Part shown: positions 39,429 to 50,023 of the stretch, piece by piece
How the letters are laid out: each line of letters begins with the position of its first letter
Numbering within the stretch: position 1 is the first letter of the stretch
Assembly: GCA_011364925.1 (NCBI GenBank)
Contig: RDOA01000001.1
Span: 93,997 to 157,996, forward strand
Source: Promethearchaeota archaeon
GTDB lineage: Archaea > Asgardarchaeota > Lokiarchaeia > Sigyniarchaeales > SOKP01
DNA length: 64,000 bases
Direction of reading: 5' to 3'
Made by a program: the position numbers and the translations under genes
Notes under the pieces: generated by a model
Database searches by the model: none
What the model saw: only the letters and a program-made list of their open reading frames with translations
What the model was told of the DNA's origin: nothing

Positions 39429-41432
39429 TTAATCTGATTCTTCCCAATCTACATCTACTACGTGTTTTTTATCCTTCTCTTTTTTATCCTTGTCTTTTTT
39501 GTATGATGCTCCGCCAGCACCAGTACCACCCATATCTCCTGGTGGAACTCCACCCATCCCTCCTGGAGGAATGCCTCCCATCCCACTCGCTGCCTGTTGG
39601 GCTTGTTGAGCTGCTTGTTGATACACTTGATCTTGTGATTGTTGTGCATAAATTCTTTGAGAGAAACTATGCATCGATTTCTGGAGATTTTCAACTCCCA
39701 ATTTGATTCTCTGGAGGTCGTCTGTTTTAATATCTTCTTCAAGAGATTTAATAGCTGCCTCTATTGCGGTTTTCTCATCATCTTCAATCTTATCCTTATT
39801 TTCTTCCATTAATTTTTTAGTTTGATAGATCATTGAATCAGCGTTGTTCTTAGCTTCAATTACTTCTCTGAGCTTCTTATCCTCTTCCTCAAATTGTTCA
39901 GCGTTTCTCACTTTTTCTTCGATTTCTTCGGGAGTTAAGCCTTTTGCGCCTGTAACTGTAATACCTGTTTCTTTACCTGTGCCCAAATCTTTAGCGGTGA
40001 CGTGAACTATCCCGTCCGCGTCGATCGAGAATTTAACTTCTATTTGTGGGACTCCCCTAAATGCAGGAGGTATGCCCGTGAGATGAAACATACCTAATGA
40101 GATGTTATCTTTAGCCATCGCTCTTTCTCCCTGTAGAACATTAATCGTGACTGCGGGTTGATTATCAGCAGCTGTGCTAAAAATCTGCTGTTTCTCAGTA
40201 GGTATAGTTGTATTTCTCTCTATTAGTTTAGTAAATACTCCTCCTAAAGTTTCAACGCCTAACGATAGCGGAGTAACATCTAATAATAATAAATCTTCAA
40301 CGTCGCCTGCGATAATTCCTCCTTGAATCGCCGCTCCGATAGCAACGCATTCCATAGGATCGACAGAATGTTCCGGTTCTTTGCCAAAGAAGTCTTTAAA
40401 TCTTTTCTGAACTGATGGCATTCGCGTTGGTCCACCAACCAGAATTATTTTATCTACGCTAGCGGCTGACATTTTCGCGTCAGATACAGCTCTTTTCATT
40501 ATTGGATCAAGTCTTCTTAACGTTGGTTCAATTAGCTGCTCCAATTTTGCACGAGTCAATTCTACTTCAATATGGACCGGATTTCCTTCTTTTTGAGTAA
40601 TGTAAGGTAAGTTAATTTGAGTATTTAGAGTAGTGGATAATTCAATTTTAGCTTTCTCGGCAGCATCTTTAATTCTTATCATTGCTTTACTGTCTCCTTT
40701 AAGATCGATTCCTTCTTTCTTTTGGAAGTTTTCGGCTACCCAATCAATTATGGCGTTATCCATATCAGTTCCACCCAATTGCGTGTCCCCCGCAGTAGAT
40801 AAAACTTCAACTACGCCTTCTCCATACTCCATGATTGTTATATCGAACGTACCACCGCCTAAGTCCAGAACGCAGATCTTTAAGAGCTTACTCTTAGTAT
40901 CCTTGTCTAAACCGTATGCCAAGCATGCCGCGGTCGGTTCGTTGATCATTCGAACTACTTCGAGCCCAGCGATTTCTCCAGCGTTCTTTGTCGCTGTTCT
41001 TTGTGCGTCATTAAAATAAGCAGGGACCGTTATTACCGCTTTTTTAACTTCTTCGCCAAGATACGCACTTGCGTCGTTCTTAATTTTCTTGAGAATCATT
41101 GCAGAGATTTCTTCTGGAGAAAATTCTTTCCACTCTGTTCCGACTTTTATTTTAGCCTTGTAGGATAACCCCATTTTACGTTTAATAGCCGTAACTGTCC
41201 CATCTGGATTGGAAACTGCTTGTCGTCGAGCAGGTTCTCCCACTATTTTTCTCCCATTCTCATCAAATGCTACATATGATGGGAATGCTTTACCTCCTAA
41301 TGTTCGCCCTTCGGCAGCAGGAATAATCTCTGGTTGGCCAGTACCGCTCAAAACCGCACACGCGCTATTCGATGTTCCCAGGTCTATACCGATTATCTTT
41401 TCCTTTCTCTTTGATTTACTTTCTTCACTCAT
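39429..41432 (-). CDS. dnaK: Chaperone DnaK (Hsp70)
   Basis: [47 protein letters not shown]. Confidence 0.98.
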   Translation of the reverse strand: MSEESKSKRKEKIIGIDLGTSNSACAVLSGTGQPEIIPAAEGRTLGGKAFPSYVAFDENGRKIVGEPARRQAVSNPDGTVTAIKRKMGLSYKAKIKVGTEWKEFSPEEISAMILKKIKNDASAYLGEEVKKAVITVPAYFNDAQRTATKNAGEIAGLEVVRMINEPTAACLAYGLDKDTKSKLLKICVLDLGGGTFDITIMEYGEGVVEVLSTAGDTQLGGTDMDNAIIDWVAENFQKKEGIDLKGDSKAMIRIKDAAEKAKIELSTTLNTQINLPYITQKEGNPVHIEVELTRAKLEQLIEPTLRRLDPIMKRAVSDAKMSAASVDKIILVGGPTRMPSVQKRFKDFFGKEPEHSVDPMECVAIGAAIQGGIIAGDVEDLLLLDVTPLSLGVETLGGVFTKLIERNTTIPTEKQQIFSTAADNQPAVTINVLQGERAMAKDNISLGMFHLTGIPPAFRGVPQIEVKFSIDADGIVHVTAKDLGTGKETGITVTGAKGLTPEEIEEKVRNAEQFEEEDKKLREVIEAKNNADSMIYQTKKLMEENKDKIEDDEKTAIEAAIKSLEEDIKTDDLQRIKLGVENLQKSMHSFSQRIYAQQSQDQVYQQAAQQAQQAASGMGGIPPGGMGGVPPGDMGGTGAGGASYKKDKDKKEKDKKHVVDVDWEESD

Positions 41433-41800
41433 TATGTAATTCACTTCTTCAATGATTAATAGTAGAATTTGATTTAAATATCATATTTTTATTTTCTATT
41501 AATTTCAATGAGAGAAATAATTTTTGATATTTTTTTAATTTTATGACTAGGAGTTCATTCTATAACCATTTGAATTGAAAAAAATAATAATAAGAACCTT
41601 ATTGATCCGTTTTAGCAATAGTATTTACCACATATACTCTTAAGATTTTATCCCTTTTTTTATAAAAACATAAAAAATGATAAAAATTTTATTTTATTCT
41701 AATTTACTTAATCATACCAGTTCTTTAAATTAAGCATTCTAATCAAAAAAATTGTTATCGATTCTTAAGATACCTATCGAGATAGAATTTGTTCCTAAAA

Positions 41801-42628
41801 ATGCCTCGAAAAAAAAAGGATAAAGATAAAATGAGCGACGAATCAACTAAAAAGGAAGAAGCGCAATCACCTACTAAAGAAGTAACAAAGGTTAAGGACA
41901 AAGAAAATGGTGAATCCGCAGAAGAAAAAGAGGAACAAGAAACAAAACTTTTAGTAGGCAATGGACAGAAAGTTCTTGAATATCACGATCTTGACGAATT
42001 ACTTACAGAATGTACAAAGCTTAAAGAGGAAAGCAAAAAAGACAAGGATCGTCTTACAGAACTTCAAAAAGAAGTTGAAATTTGGAAAGGTAAACACATG
42101 AGACTTCAAGCGGAATTTGAAAACGCCCAAAAACGGTGGAGCAAAAACCAACAGAACCTAAGAAAAGAAAACATCGCGTACACTTTGAAATCATTCCTAC
42201 CATTATATGATTCCTTTAAAAAAGCGTTGGATGGCGACGATAAAAACCAAGCTGTGTTAAAACAATTCTACGACCAATTCATGGGCATCCTAAGGTTTCA
42301 TCAAGCTGAACCGATCAAGGTTAATGTAAACGATCCTTTTGACTATTCCTTACACGAAGCGTTGAGCACTCTAGAGCGAGACGATCTTCCTAACAATTCG
42401 ATTATAGAAATCATCCAAGACGGTTGGAAAATTGATAAGGACGTACTTAGATTCGCGAAAGTAATTGTCTCTCGAGAGCCATCTCCCCCAAAACCCGAAC
42501 CCGAACCTGAATCCAAGCCAGAACCAGAACTTGAAACAGAAGCAGAGGACAATGGCGCTCAAGATAATGGAGAAAGTAAAAAAGTGAAGATTGAAACAGA
42601 ACATATAGAACCTGAAGAGAAATACTAA
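41801..42628 (+). CDS. grpE: Nucleotide exchange factor GrpE
   Basis: RLQAEFENAQKR, FLPLYDSF..AL, FDYSLHEAL, QDGW.....VLR.AKV.VS. Confidence 0.92.
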   Translation: MPRKKKDKDKMSDESTKKEEAQSPTKEVTKVKDKENGESAEEKEEQETKLLVGNGQKVLEYHDLDELLTECTKLKEESKKDKDRLTELQKEVEIWKGKHMRLQAEFENAQKRWSKNQQNLRKENIAYTLKSFLPLYDSFKKALDGDDKNQAVLKQFYDQFMGILRFHQAEPIKVNVNDPFDYSLHEALSTLERDDLPNNSIIEIIQDGWKIDKDVLRFAKVIVSREPSPPKPEPEPESKPEPELETEAEDNGAQDNGESKKVKIETEHIEPEEKY

Positions 42629-42808
42629 CAATACTAGTATTTTAAAAATTTATTTTCTATTAGATCACGCCTTACTTACTTGCCCTATTTATAAATTCAA
42701 GATAAGTTGTTAGTTTACATTATGTTTTATAATAAATACTTTTTATTACTTGAGTTTGGTTATGTACAATTAGTTTAACAAGTTTGTAATAAATTGGATA
42801 GATGAAAC

Positions 42809-43666
42809 ATGTCAATGATTCGAAAAGTAAAATCAGTTCTAAAAAGTAGAAGAACGATGGAAGGAGCCGGTGTAAGGTTAAGACGAGCTTTTGGATACGC
42901 TGATCCTTCTTTAGATCCTTTTTTATTGTTGGACGATTTTCATTCAGGCGATCCTCACGATTATCTAGCAGGATTTCCGTGGCACCCACATCGGGGCATT
43001 GAAACCATTACATATATGCTTCATGGAAAAATAGAACACGGTGACAGCATGGGCAATAAAGGCGTCATTGGATCGGGTGATGTTCAATGGATGACTGCGG
43101 GAAGTGGCATAATCCACCAAGAAATGCCGAAGAATAACCCGAACGATCCATTTCTGGCAGGCTTTCAATTATGGGCTAACCTTCCGGCATCTCATAAAAT
43201 GATGGACCCTCGATATCGTGACATAACTAACGAACAAATTCCAGAAGTTAGCATAAACGATAACATTAGAGTCAAAATAATCTGTGGTGAGATAAACGGA
43301 GTTAAAGGACCCGTCCAAGATATTGTAACTGATCCGGAATATTTAGATGTGTATATTGGGCCAAATTCAGAATTCAAACACGCAATTGATAATACGCATA
43401 ATGTTTTCGCCTATGTTATAGAAGGTGAAGCTTTTTTTGATCCAAGCAAAGAGAATATTGTTGACGAGGAGAACCTCGTCATTTTTAGAGAGGGTGGTGA
43501 AGTTATAGTAAATACTAAAGATAATTCTGTGAGGTTTCTATTAATCTCTGGAAAACCTATTGGAGAACCCGTAGCTTGGAGGGGGCCAATTGTCATGAAT
43601 ACGGAAGAAGAATTAAGAATCGCTTTTAGCGAATATAATAATGGTACGTTTATTAAGCATAGCTAA
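42809..43666 (+). CDS. Pirin family protein
   Basis: DPFLLLDDF, GFPWHPHRGIETITY, VQWMTAGSGIIHQEMP, GPIVMNT. Confidence 0.95.
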   Translation: MSMIRKVKSVLKSRRTMEGAGVRLRRAFGYADPSLDPFLLLDDFHSGDPHDYLAGFPWHPHRGIETITYMLHGKIEHGDSMGNKGVIGSGDVQWMTAGSGIIHQEMPKNNPNDPFLAGFQLWANLPASHKMMDPRYRDITNEQIPEVSINDNIRVKIICGEINGVKGPVQDIVTDPEYLDVYIGPNSEFKHAIDNTHNVFAYVIEGEAFFDPSKENIVDEENLVIFREGGEVIVNTKDNSVRFLLISGKPIGEPVAWRGPIVMNTEEELRIAFSEYNNGTFIKHS

Positions 43667-43894
43667 TCATACCCCTAATTTTTATAATAATTAACCTCTT
43701 AATAAGAATTGAATTTGCAAACATTCACTTTTACTCAAGCACCAAGGAATTAGCAACTTTAAGATCTGAATATTAAAGCGATTAGCTCTTTTTTTTTAAA
43801 TTCTATAGAATAAAATAGAGGTAATAATCATATAGTTGGTGGTAGATTATTGCAATATATTTAAATACTTTTCTAACAAGTATATAAGACATAG

Positions 43895-46800
43895 ATGGGA
43901 GAATATATAAACATTAAACTCAATAAAACCGTTGCATTTTGTCTTTTAGGTGTTATTATCTTAATCTTATTTAATTTCTCTCAGATTATTGATAACCTTA
44001 ACTTTAACAATCTTACTTATGGCACTGAAATTGAGAATTACGCAGGAGATATAAAAAGCTCAAGTTATTGGTTTTTAACATCTCCAATTGAAATAAACGA
44101 TCTTGAAGCTAATAATTGGACGTGGGCTGAGGAAGAACCTTGGTTTGGAGGAGGTAATGGTACCCTAAATAATCCTTACATTATTGAAAATGTTACTATA
44201 AATGTTGAGAAAAATTTTGATTTTGGAATAAATATCCAAAACTCAAATAAACATCTTCTAATCAACAATTGTACGGTTTCGAAAGCAAATTTAACAGGAA
44301 TTTTGTTAAGAAATGTAAATAATTCTGTTATAATTAATAACAAGGCTTTTAACAACAGTATTGTAGGAATTGGTCTAGTTAGTAGTAATCTTAATTTGAT
44401 ATTTGGAAATAATATAAGTGGAAATTCTATAGGAGGTATTGGATTAAATACTAGTTATTATAACTCTGTCTTAAATAATACAGTGTTTTCTAACACTGGT
44501 TATGGAATCGGCTTAGAATACTGTGATTATAATACAATTTCTAATAATACAGCAACCTTCAACGGAGAACAAGGGATTGGTTTGCTGAACTGTAAAAATA
44601 TTACGGTTTCAAGAAACAATGCGAGCTTTAATTCATTAGCAGGTATAGGAATCAGTTTTTGTAATAATAGCTCAATTAAACATAATATTGTAGATTCAAA
44701 CATTGGTTCTGGTATAAGTTTCGGTACCTGTAGTTTTACTTCAATATTAGATAATACAATATTGTCCAACGCTGGGTCTGGAATAGATATCGGGAATTCT
44801 GATCGCAATACAATTTCAAATAATGTAATAAATACTAATCGTAATGACGGGATAATTATTGTTGATTGTAATTATAACACATTTTCTAATAATGCTATTA
44901 ATAATAATCGTGATCAAGGGATGAATATCAGAACTTGTAATTTTAATACTCTTTCGAGCAATGCAATTAATAATAATCGTGATTTAGGGATTGGATTATG
45001 GAATTGCTTACATAACATCGTTTCGGGGAATGATGCAAACGGTAATGGTGATAGTGGAATATCTTTAGAAGCATGCAGTATTTCCTCTATTACGGGAAAT
45101 ACTGCAAATGTAAATGACCTTAATGGGATCTATATGTACAATTGCTTTATTACTAACATCTCAGTAAATACCATAGTAAGTAATCCTCAATATGGAATAG
45201 GTCTGTGGTATAGCGATAATATTGATATCTCGGAAAATTTAGTAGAAGATAATGGATGGGCAATATTTTTACAGTATTGTAATGAGAATAATATTATTGA
45301 AAACGATGTAATAGAAAGTGATAATTTAGGTATAGCACTTTGGTTCAGCGATAACAATATTATTACAGGAAATTATTTAGACAACAACGACTATTATGGT
45401 ATTTATCTAGTACGGAGCCATATCAACAGTATTACAAGCAACTCCATTAATAACGATCATAATGGAATCTATTTAGAATCAAGCACTATAAATACTATCC
45501 TAACAAATACAATTACAAACAATTATAACGGGATTTATCTAGTAAGCGGTCAAAGCAATAGTATTGTAGGTAACTCCATTAATGCCAATCATAATGGGAT
45601 TTATTTAGAACTTAGCGATAGTAATACTATCCAGTCAAATACAATTACTAACAACCAATATGGGATATATCTCTTTTCAAGTTATTCCAATTTTGTTTCA
45701 AATAATATATTTGACAGTAATGTCGTAGATATTTTTGATTCAGAAGAAGGCAATGGCGGGTATCCAAACGATGGTGATTTAAATCCTTTCATAATAATTG
45801 GTATTGTCTTAGCGATAATTGCTATCGTTATCGTAGCCAGTTTCGTTATCAAAAGTAGAAGATCTTCGAAAATTAAAGGTACTTCAGTAAGCAAACCTAA
45901 AATTGGACCTCAAACACAAGCAGAATTTAAAAAACCTCAACCAGAATTGAGATTAATCCCCCCATCAAAGCAAGTAGAGGAAGAAGATGAAGTTGAAGTC
46001 CTTCCACAAGAGATTATACCCAAAGAGGAAGAGATCATAGAAGAAGAAGTTATTGCTCCTATCGAAGAAATACCCGAAGAGGAACAAGTCTTAGAAGAGG
46101 AAATTATCGAATCTCTAGAAGAAATACCTAAAGGGGAAGAAATTGTAGAAGAAGAGGTTATTGCTCCTATCGAAGAAATACCCGAAGAGGAACAAGTCGT
46201 AGAAGAGGAAATTATCGAACCTTTAGAAGAAATACCTAAAGGGGAAGAAATTGTAGAAGAAGAGGTTATTACTCCTTTCGAAGAAATACCTGAAGAGGAA
46301 CAAATCGTAGAAGAAAAAGTAATTGCTTCTATCGAAGAAATACCTGAAGAAAAACAAATCGTAGAAGAGGAAGTTATCGGACCTCTAAAAGAAATACCTA
46401 AAGAGGAAGAAATAGTGGAGGGAAAGGTCATCGCTCCTCCAGAAGAAATGAGTGAAAAGGTAGAAGATGTAGAAGAACAAGTTGTTATCTCTCCTCCTGA
46501 AATAATTAAAAAGCAAAAGCTTGCTGCAACAGAGGGAATTAAATTCAAAGCTCCTGATACTATTGAAAAAATTCTACTCTTAAAAACTCTAAGTGGACAT
46601 CTATTAGGAGTCACATCTGTAGCGATTTCTCCATATGGGGAGTTAATCGTGAGTGGTTCGAAAGATAAAACGATCAGATTATGGGAGTTACCCTCAGGTA
46701 ATCTTGTGAGAATCCTTAGAGGACACAGCAAAAACGTTACTTCCGTTACTATATCACCAGATGAAAAATACATAATTAGTGGCTCAAACGATAAATCTAT

Positions 46801-47452
46801 CAAAGTTTGGGAATTAGATACTGGAAAACTCATCCATACTCTCAAGGGACATACCTTTTACGTACTATCCGTTGCTATTTCTCCTGACGGGAGATATATT
46901 GCGAGTGGCTCATTCGACAGGACTATTAAAATTTGGGAATTATCAACTGGAAAACTTGTGAGGACGATTGATGGGCATCAGAAGGAAATAAATTCGATTA
47001 CGATATCCTCTGATAATAAGTATCTCGTAAGTGGATCAGCCGATAAGACTATAAAAATCTGGGATTTTCCTAGTGGGGAGTTATTTAAAACTATTCATGG
47101 TTCAAATAGGCCAGTGACTTCAGTTGCGTTTTCTTCAGATGAAAAATATGTAATTAGTAGTTCTAGAGACAAATCTATTAAAGTGTGGGAAGTTACATCA
47201 GGAAATCTTGTAAGAACTTTGGAAGGGCATGCGTTCTTTGTGCTATCTATAATACTTTCTCCCAACGATAAATATTTAGTCAGTGGCTCATTTGATAGGC
47301 AAGTTAAGGTTTGGGATTTTTTAACTGGAAGTGTGATTGAAACGCTTAAAAAGCACAAAAAAGAGGTTAATTCCGTGGCTTTCTCTCCAGACTATAAATA
47401 CATCGTTAGTGGTTCTTCTGATAATAAGATTAATATCTGGGAAATCCATTAA
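43895..47452 (+). CDS. Single-pass receptor-like protein: extracellular parallel beta-helix (NosD/CASH-like), TM, Glu-rich repeat linker, 7-bladed WD40 propeller
   Basis: GNGT..NPYIIEN followed by many GI.L..S..N.I..N repeats; TM FIIIGIVLAIIAIVIVASFVI-KSRR; seven GH...VTSV.ISPD...SGS.D.TIK.W repeats. Confidence 0.85.
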   Translation: MGEYINIKLNKTVAFCLLGVIILILFNFSQIIDNLNFNNLTYGTEIENYAGDIKSSSYWFLTSPIEINDLEANNWTWAEEEPWFGGGNGTLNNPYIIENVTINVEKNFDFGINIQNSNKHLLINNCTVSKANLTGILLRNVNNSVIINNKAFNNSIVGIGLVSSNLNLIFGNNISGNSIGGIGLNTSYYNSVLNNTVFSNTGYGIGLEYCDYNTISNNTATFNGEQGIGLLNCKNITVSRNNASFNSLAGIGISFCNNSSIKHNIVDSNIGSGISFGTCSFTSILDNTILSNAGSGIDIGNSDRNTISNNVINTNRNDGIIIVDCNYNTFSNNAINNNRDQGMNIRTCNFNTLSSNAINNNRDLGIGLWNCLHNIVSGNDANGNGDSGISLEACSISSITGNTANVNDLNGIYMYNCFITNISVNTIVSNPQYGIGLWYSDNIDISENLVEDNGWAIFLQYCNENNIIENDVIESDNLGIALWFSDNNIITGNYLDNNDYYGIYLVRSHINSITSNSINNDHNGIYLESSTINTILTNTITNNYNGIYLVSGQSNSIVGNSINANHNGIYLELSDSNTIQSNTITNNQYGIYLFSSYSNFVSNNIFDSNVVDIFDSEEGNGGYPNDGDLNPFIIIGIVLAIIAIVIVASFVIKSRRSSKIKGTSVSKPKIGPQTQAEFKKPQPELRLIPPSKQVEEEDEVEVLPQEIIPKEEEIIEEEVIAPIEEIPEEEQVLEEEIIESLEEIPKGEEIVEEEVIAPIEEIPEEEQVVEEEIIEPLEEIPKGEEIVEEEVITPFEEIPEEEQIVEEKVIASIEEIPEEKQIVEEEVIGPLKEIPKEEEIVEGKVIAPPEEMSEKVEDVEEQVVISPPEIIKKQKLAATEGIKFKAPDTIEKILLLKTLSGHLLGVTSVAISPYGELIVSGSKDKTIRLWELPSGNLVRILRGHSKNVTSVTISPDEKYIISGSNDKSIKVWELDTGKLIHTLKGHTFYVLSVAISPDGRYIASGSFDRTIKIWELSTGKLVRTIDGHQKEINSITISSDNKYLVSGSADKTIKIWDFPSGELFKTIHGSNRPVTSVAFSSDEKYVISSSRDKSIKVWEVTSGNLVRTLEGHAFFVLSIILSPNDKYLVSGSFDRQVKVWDFLTGSVIETLKKHKKEVNSVAFSPDYKYIVSGSSDNKINIWEIH
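46020..46500 (+). repeat. 54-bp (18-aa) acidic tandem repeat with a 108-bp higher-order unit
   Basis: EEEVIAPIEEIPEEEQVL alternates with EEEIIESLEEIPKGEEIV; GTTATTGCTCC occurs at 46049 and 46157. Confidence 0.8.
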
Positions 47453-47583
47453 CTATACTTGCAAACTTTTAACCATTAAAAAAAGGAATTCATGCTCTAC
47501 TCTTTTAATTGTTAACCTAAAAAGTTATTAGTTGTTAATTATTGTATAATCACAAGTATCAAATATAATCTAGAGATAGTAGC

Positions 47584-47838
47584 ATGTCTGAAGAACCCGA
47601 ATTTCCACCGCTTCCAGATATAGGAGAGATCCTCGATAGGAAAGATCGCTTTATACCAAAGAAGACAACGGTATTAAAATGTAAGGAATGTAAATCTAAG
47701 TACACTCGCGAGTTTATAATTGGTGATTATGTTTTTAAAAAAATTGACGACGAAGAATGCAAAGAATGCCACCGGACTAGAACGCTTTCTGTTGACGAGA
47801 TTTATTCAGAATGGATTGATCCAAAAAAGAATAAATAA
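47584..47838 (+). CDS. Small archaeal Zn-finger protein (2x CxxC)
   Basis: CKEC..KYTREF..GDYVFK.....CKEC....L.V..IY.E. Confidence 0.75.
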   Translation: MSEEPEFPPLPDIGEILDRKDRFIPKKTTVLKCKECKSKYTREFIIGDYVFKKIDDEECKECHRTRTLSVDEIYSEWIDPKKNK

Positions 47839-47855
47839 AGATTTTTATTAATTTT

Positions 47856-48494
47856 TTAGCTTCTTGTTCGCATTCTATTTATCGCAATATATACGCATCC
47901 TAAACCTACACCCGTTGCCATTATAATTGAGACAAACATCGTAACTCCAATAATGCCAAGTGCGTTTATATCAAAGAAGTAATATATGTAATCACCGGTG
48001 AAGGCACCATATATAAAAACAAACACTAAATAACAAACGGGATAAATACAAATCCAATAGAGCAGATATCTCCATTTATATCTCGATTTATTTTCTGTTA
48101 ACACCCAATCAACAATGAACGCGATTGGAGCGATATAATGGAACACGATATTACTAAATGCTGCCCATCCGGTGGGGTGGTAGAACGGAGACAATAGAAT
48201 TGCAAAGAAAATAAATGTTATAGAGATGTAAGCGGTAAAAGCACCTTTAAGAAGTCCTGTAATCTTTTCGAGAGATTTTGGCTTATTGTACCATATAATT
48301 GCTAAAGTATACCATATAACAACCATGAAGTTTGATTGTATTGTGAAAGCTCTAAAACCATAAAACCATTCGTAAAAAGGGCCATAAAAAAGACCATAAA
48401 TTACTATACCAGCTATAATTGTAAACCAACTTAGTCCAGCAAAAATGATACGATAAATTAAAACAGTCTTATTTGATAGATCAAAATCTTTCAT
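47856..48494 (-). CDS. Pr6Pr / FAR-17a-AIG1-like membrane protein
   Basis: FTIQSN, H.IAP....VDW, YP..Y.., Y.Y.F.D motifs in about six TM helices. Confidence 0.7.
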   Translation of the reverse strand: MKDFDLSNKTVLIYRIIFAGLSWFTIIAGIVIYGLFYGPFYEWFYGFRAFTIQSNFMVVIWYTLAIIWYNKPKSLEKITGLLKGAFTAYISITFIFFAILLSPFYHPTGWAAFSNIVFHYIAPIAFIVDWVLTENKSRYKWRYLLYWICIYPVCYLVFVFIYGAFTGDYIYYFFDINALGIIGVTMFVSIIMATGVGLGCVYIAINRMRTRS

Positions 48495-48608
48495 TTTTTA
48501 AACACTATAATTCATTATTTTAGATTAGATAATTATGCGTTTTGAAAGTATAGTATAATAAATAATTATTTCTATTTTGAATCCTAGAAAATGTATCCAA
48601 TAAAATAA

Positions 48609-49601
48609 TTATTCTATACCTAATAATTTTACTATTAAATTCGCCATAGAATACGGATCAAGGTTTTTATCCATAACTAATCGTATATACTCATCAATGG
48701 TAGGATTGGAATGAATCAATCTTTCTACTTTTTTAGTGATTTTGTGTTTTAGAATTTGTAATGTTTCGCTTTTAATCCGATTTATCTGGTAATTCACTAA
48801 TACTCCGGAATCTCGTAGAAACTCTCTATGCTTATCGATTAGTTCCATCATTTGTTCAAAATTCTCTCCAGTTTTCGAGTTAACTTTAATGATTTCGGGA
48901 GTCCAATTCGACTTAAGCAGTTTATTTACTTCGTGGTTGTTTGATTCGTATTTAAAGTTTGTTTTCAATTCAAGCATCTGCATAATCTCAGCAACTTTTT
49001 TATCAGCACCGTCTAAATCCATTTTATTTACTACAAAAATATCTGTAATTTCCATGATCCCGGCTTTAATGGCTTGAATGTCATCGCCTAATCCAGGTAC
49101 TAAAAGTACAATTACAGTCTGAGCTGATTTAAAGATATCGACTTCAGATTGTCCGACTCCCACAGTTTCTATGATAATAATATCACAACCGTATGCGTCC
49201 AAGATTTTTACAGCATCTTCTGTAGCTCTAGCCAATCCCCCTAATTGTCCTCTGTTTGCCATGCTACGGATAAAGACATTCCTTAGTGAAAAATTATCCT
49301 TCATGCGAATCCTATCCCCTAGTAATGCACCACCTGAAATTGGGCTAGTAGGGTCGACACAGACAATCCCTACTTTCTTTCCTTGTTCCGAAAAAAACTT
49401 AGTCAAAGTAGAGATGAATGTTGATTTCCCACTCCCGGGAGCTCCTGTAATGCCTAAAATATACGCATTCCCAGTGTAACTATAGATTGCATTGATGATT
49501 GTCTCTGCAGCTTCAATATCGTTTTCTGCTAAAGTGATAAGCCTAGCAGCTGCTCTAGAATTTCCATTAAGTAGTTTTTCGATTAAATCAGAATAAGCCA
49601 T
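48609..49601 (-). CDS. meaB: Acyl-CoA mutase-associated GTPase MeaB/ArgK
   Basis: GITGAPGSGKST, VDPTSP.SGGALLGDRIRM, ETVGVGQSE, VNKMD. Confidence 0.95.
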   Translation of the reverse strand: MAYSDLIEKLLNGNSRAAARLITLAENDIEAAETIINAIYSYTGNAYILGITGAPGSGKSTFISTLTKFFSEQGKKVGIVCVDPTSPISGGALLGDRIRMKDNFSLRNVFIRSMANRGQLGGLARATEDAVKILDAYGCDIIIIETVGVGQSEVDIFKSAQTVIVLLVPGLGDDIQAIKAGIMEITDIFVVNKMDLDGADKKVAEIMQMLELKTNFKYESNNHEVNKLLKSNWTPEIIKVNSKTGENFEQMMELIDKHREFLRDSGVLVNYQINRIKSETLQILKHKITKKVERLIHSNPTIDEYIRLVMDKNLDPYSMANLIVKLLGIE

Positions 49602-49607
49602 TATTCG

Positions 49608-50009
49608 CTATCTTTTTAAATTGTTTTTTACAAACTCTACAATCGTTTTCAGTTCTGTACCTGGTCCGTAAAATCCTTTTAATCCGTGTTCTTCTAAAAA
49701 TGGTTTGTCTTCGTCAGGTATAATACCACCAACACTTACAAGAACATCATCTATGCCATTTTCCTTGAGTTTTTCCATTATAACCGGACATAACGCTTTA
49801 TGAGCACCTGATAACATGCTTAGCATAACCGCATCTGGATCTTCCTGAAGAACGGTTTGCACGATCATATCAGGGGTCTGGTGCAATCCCGTGTAGATGA
49901 CCTCCATACCCGCGTCTCTTAGTGCTCTAGCAAGGACTTTTGCCCCACGATCGTGCCCATCTAATCCCGGTTTACACACTAATACTTTTATCTTTCTATT
50001 CTCTGTCAT
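49608..50009 (-). CDS. Cobalamin-binding small subunit of an acyl-CoA mutase
   Basis: KPGLDGHDRGAK (DxHxxG), S.LSGAH, GGIIP. Confidence 0.95.
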   Translation of the reverse strand: MTENRKIKVLVCKPGLDGHDRGAKVLARALRDAGMEVIYTGLHQTPDMIVQTVLQEDPDAVMLSMLSGAHKALCPVIMEKLKENGIDDVLVSVGGIIPDEDKPFLEEHGLKGFYGPGTELKTIVEFVKNNLKR

Positions 50010-50023
50010 AATATTGACCTAAC

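Noticed and set aside
45937-46845. 302-aa Ser/Ile-rich antisense ORF
   Set aside because: Shadow of the Glu-rich repeat and WD40 codons on the plus strand.
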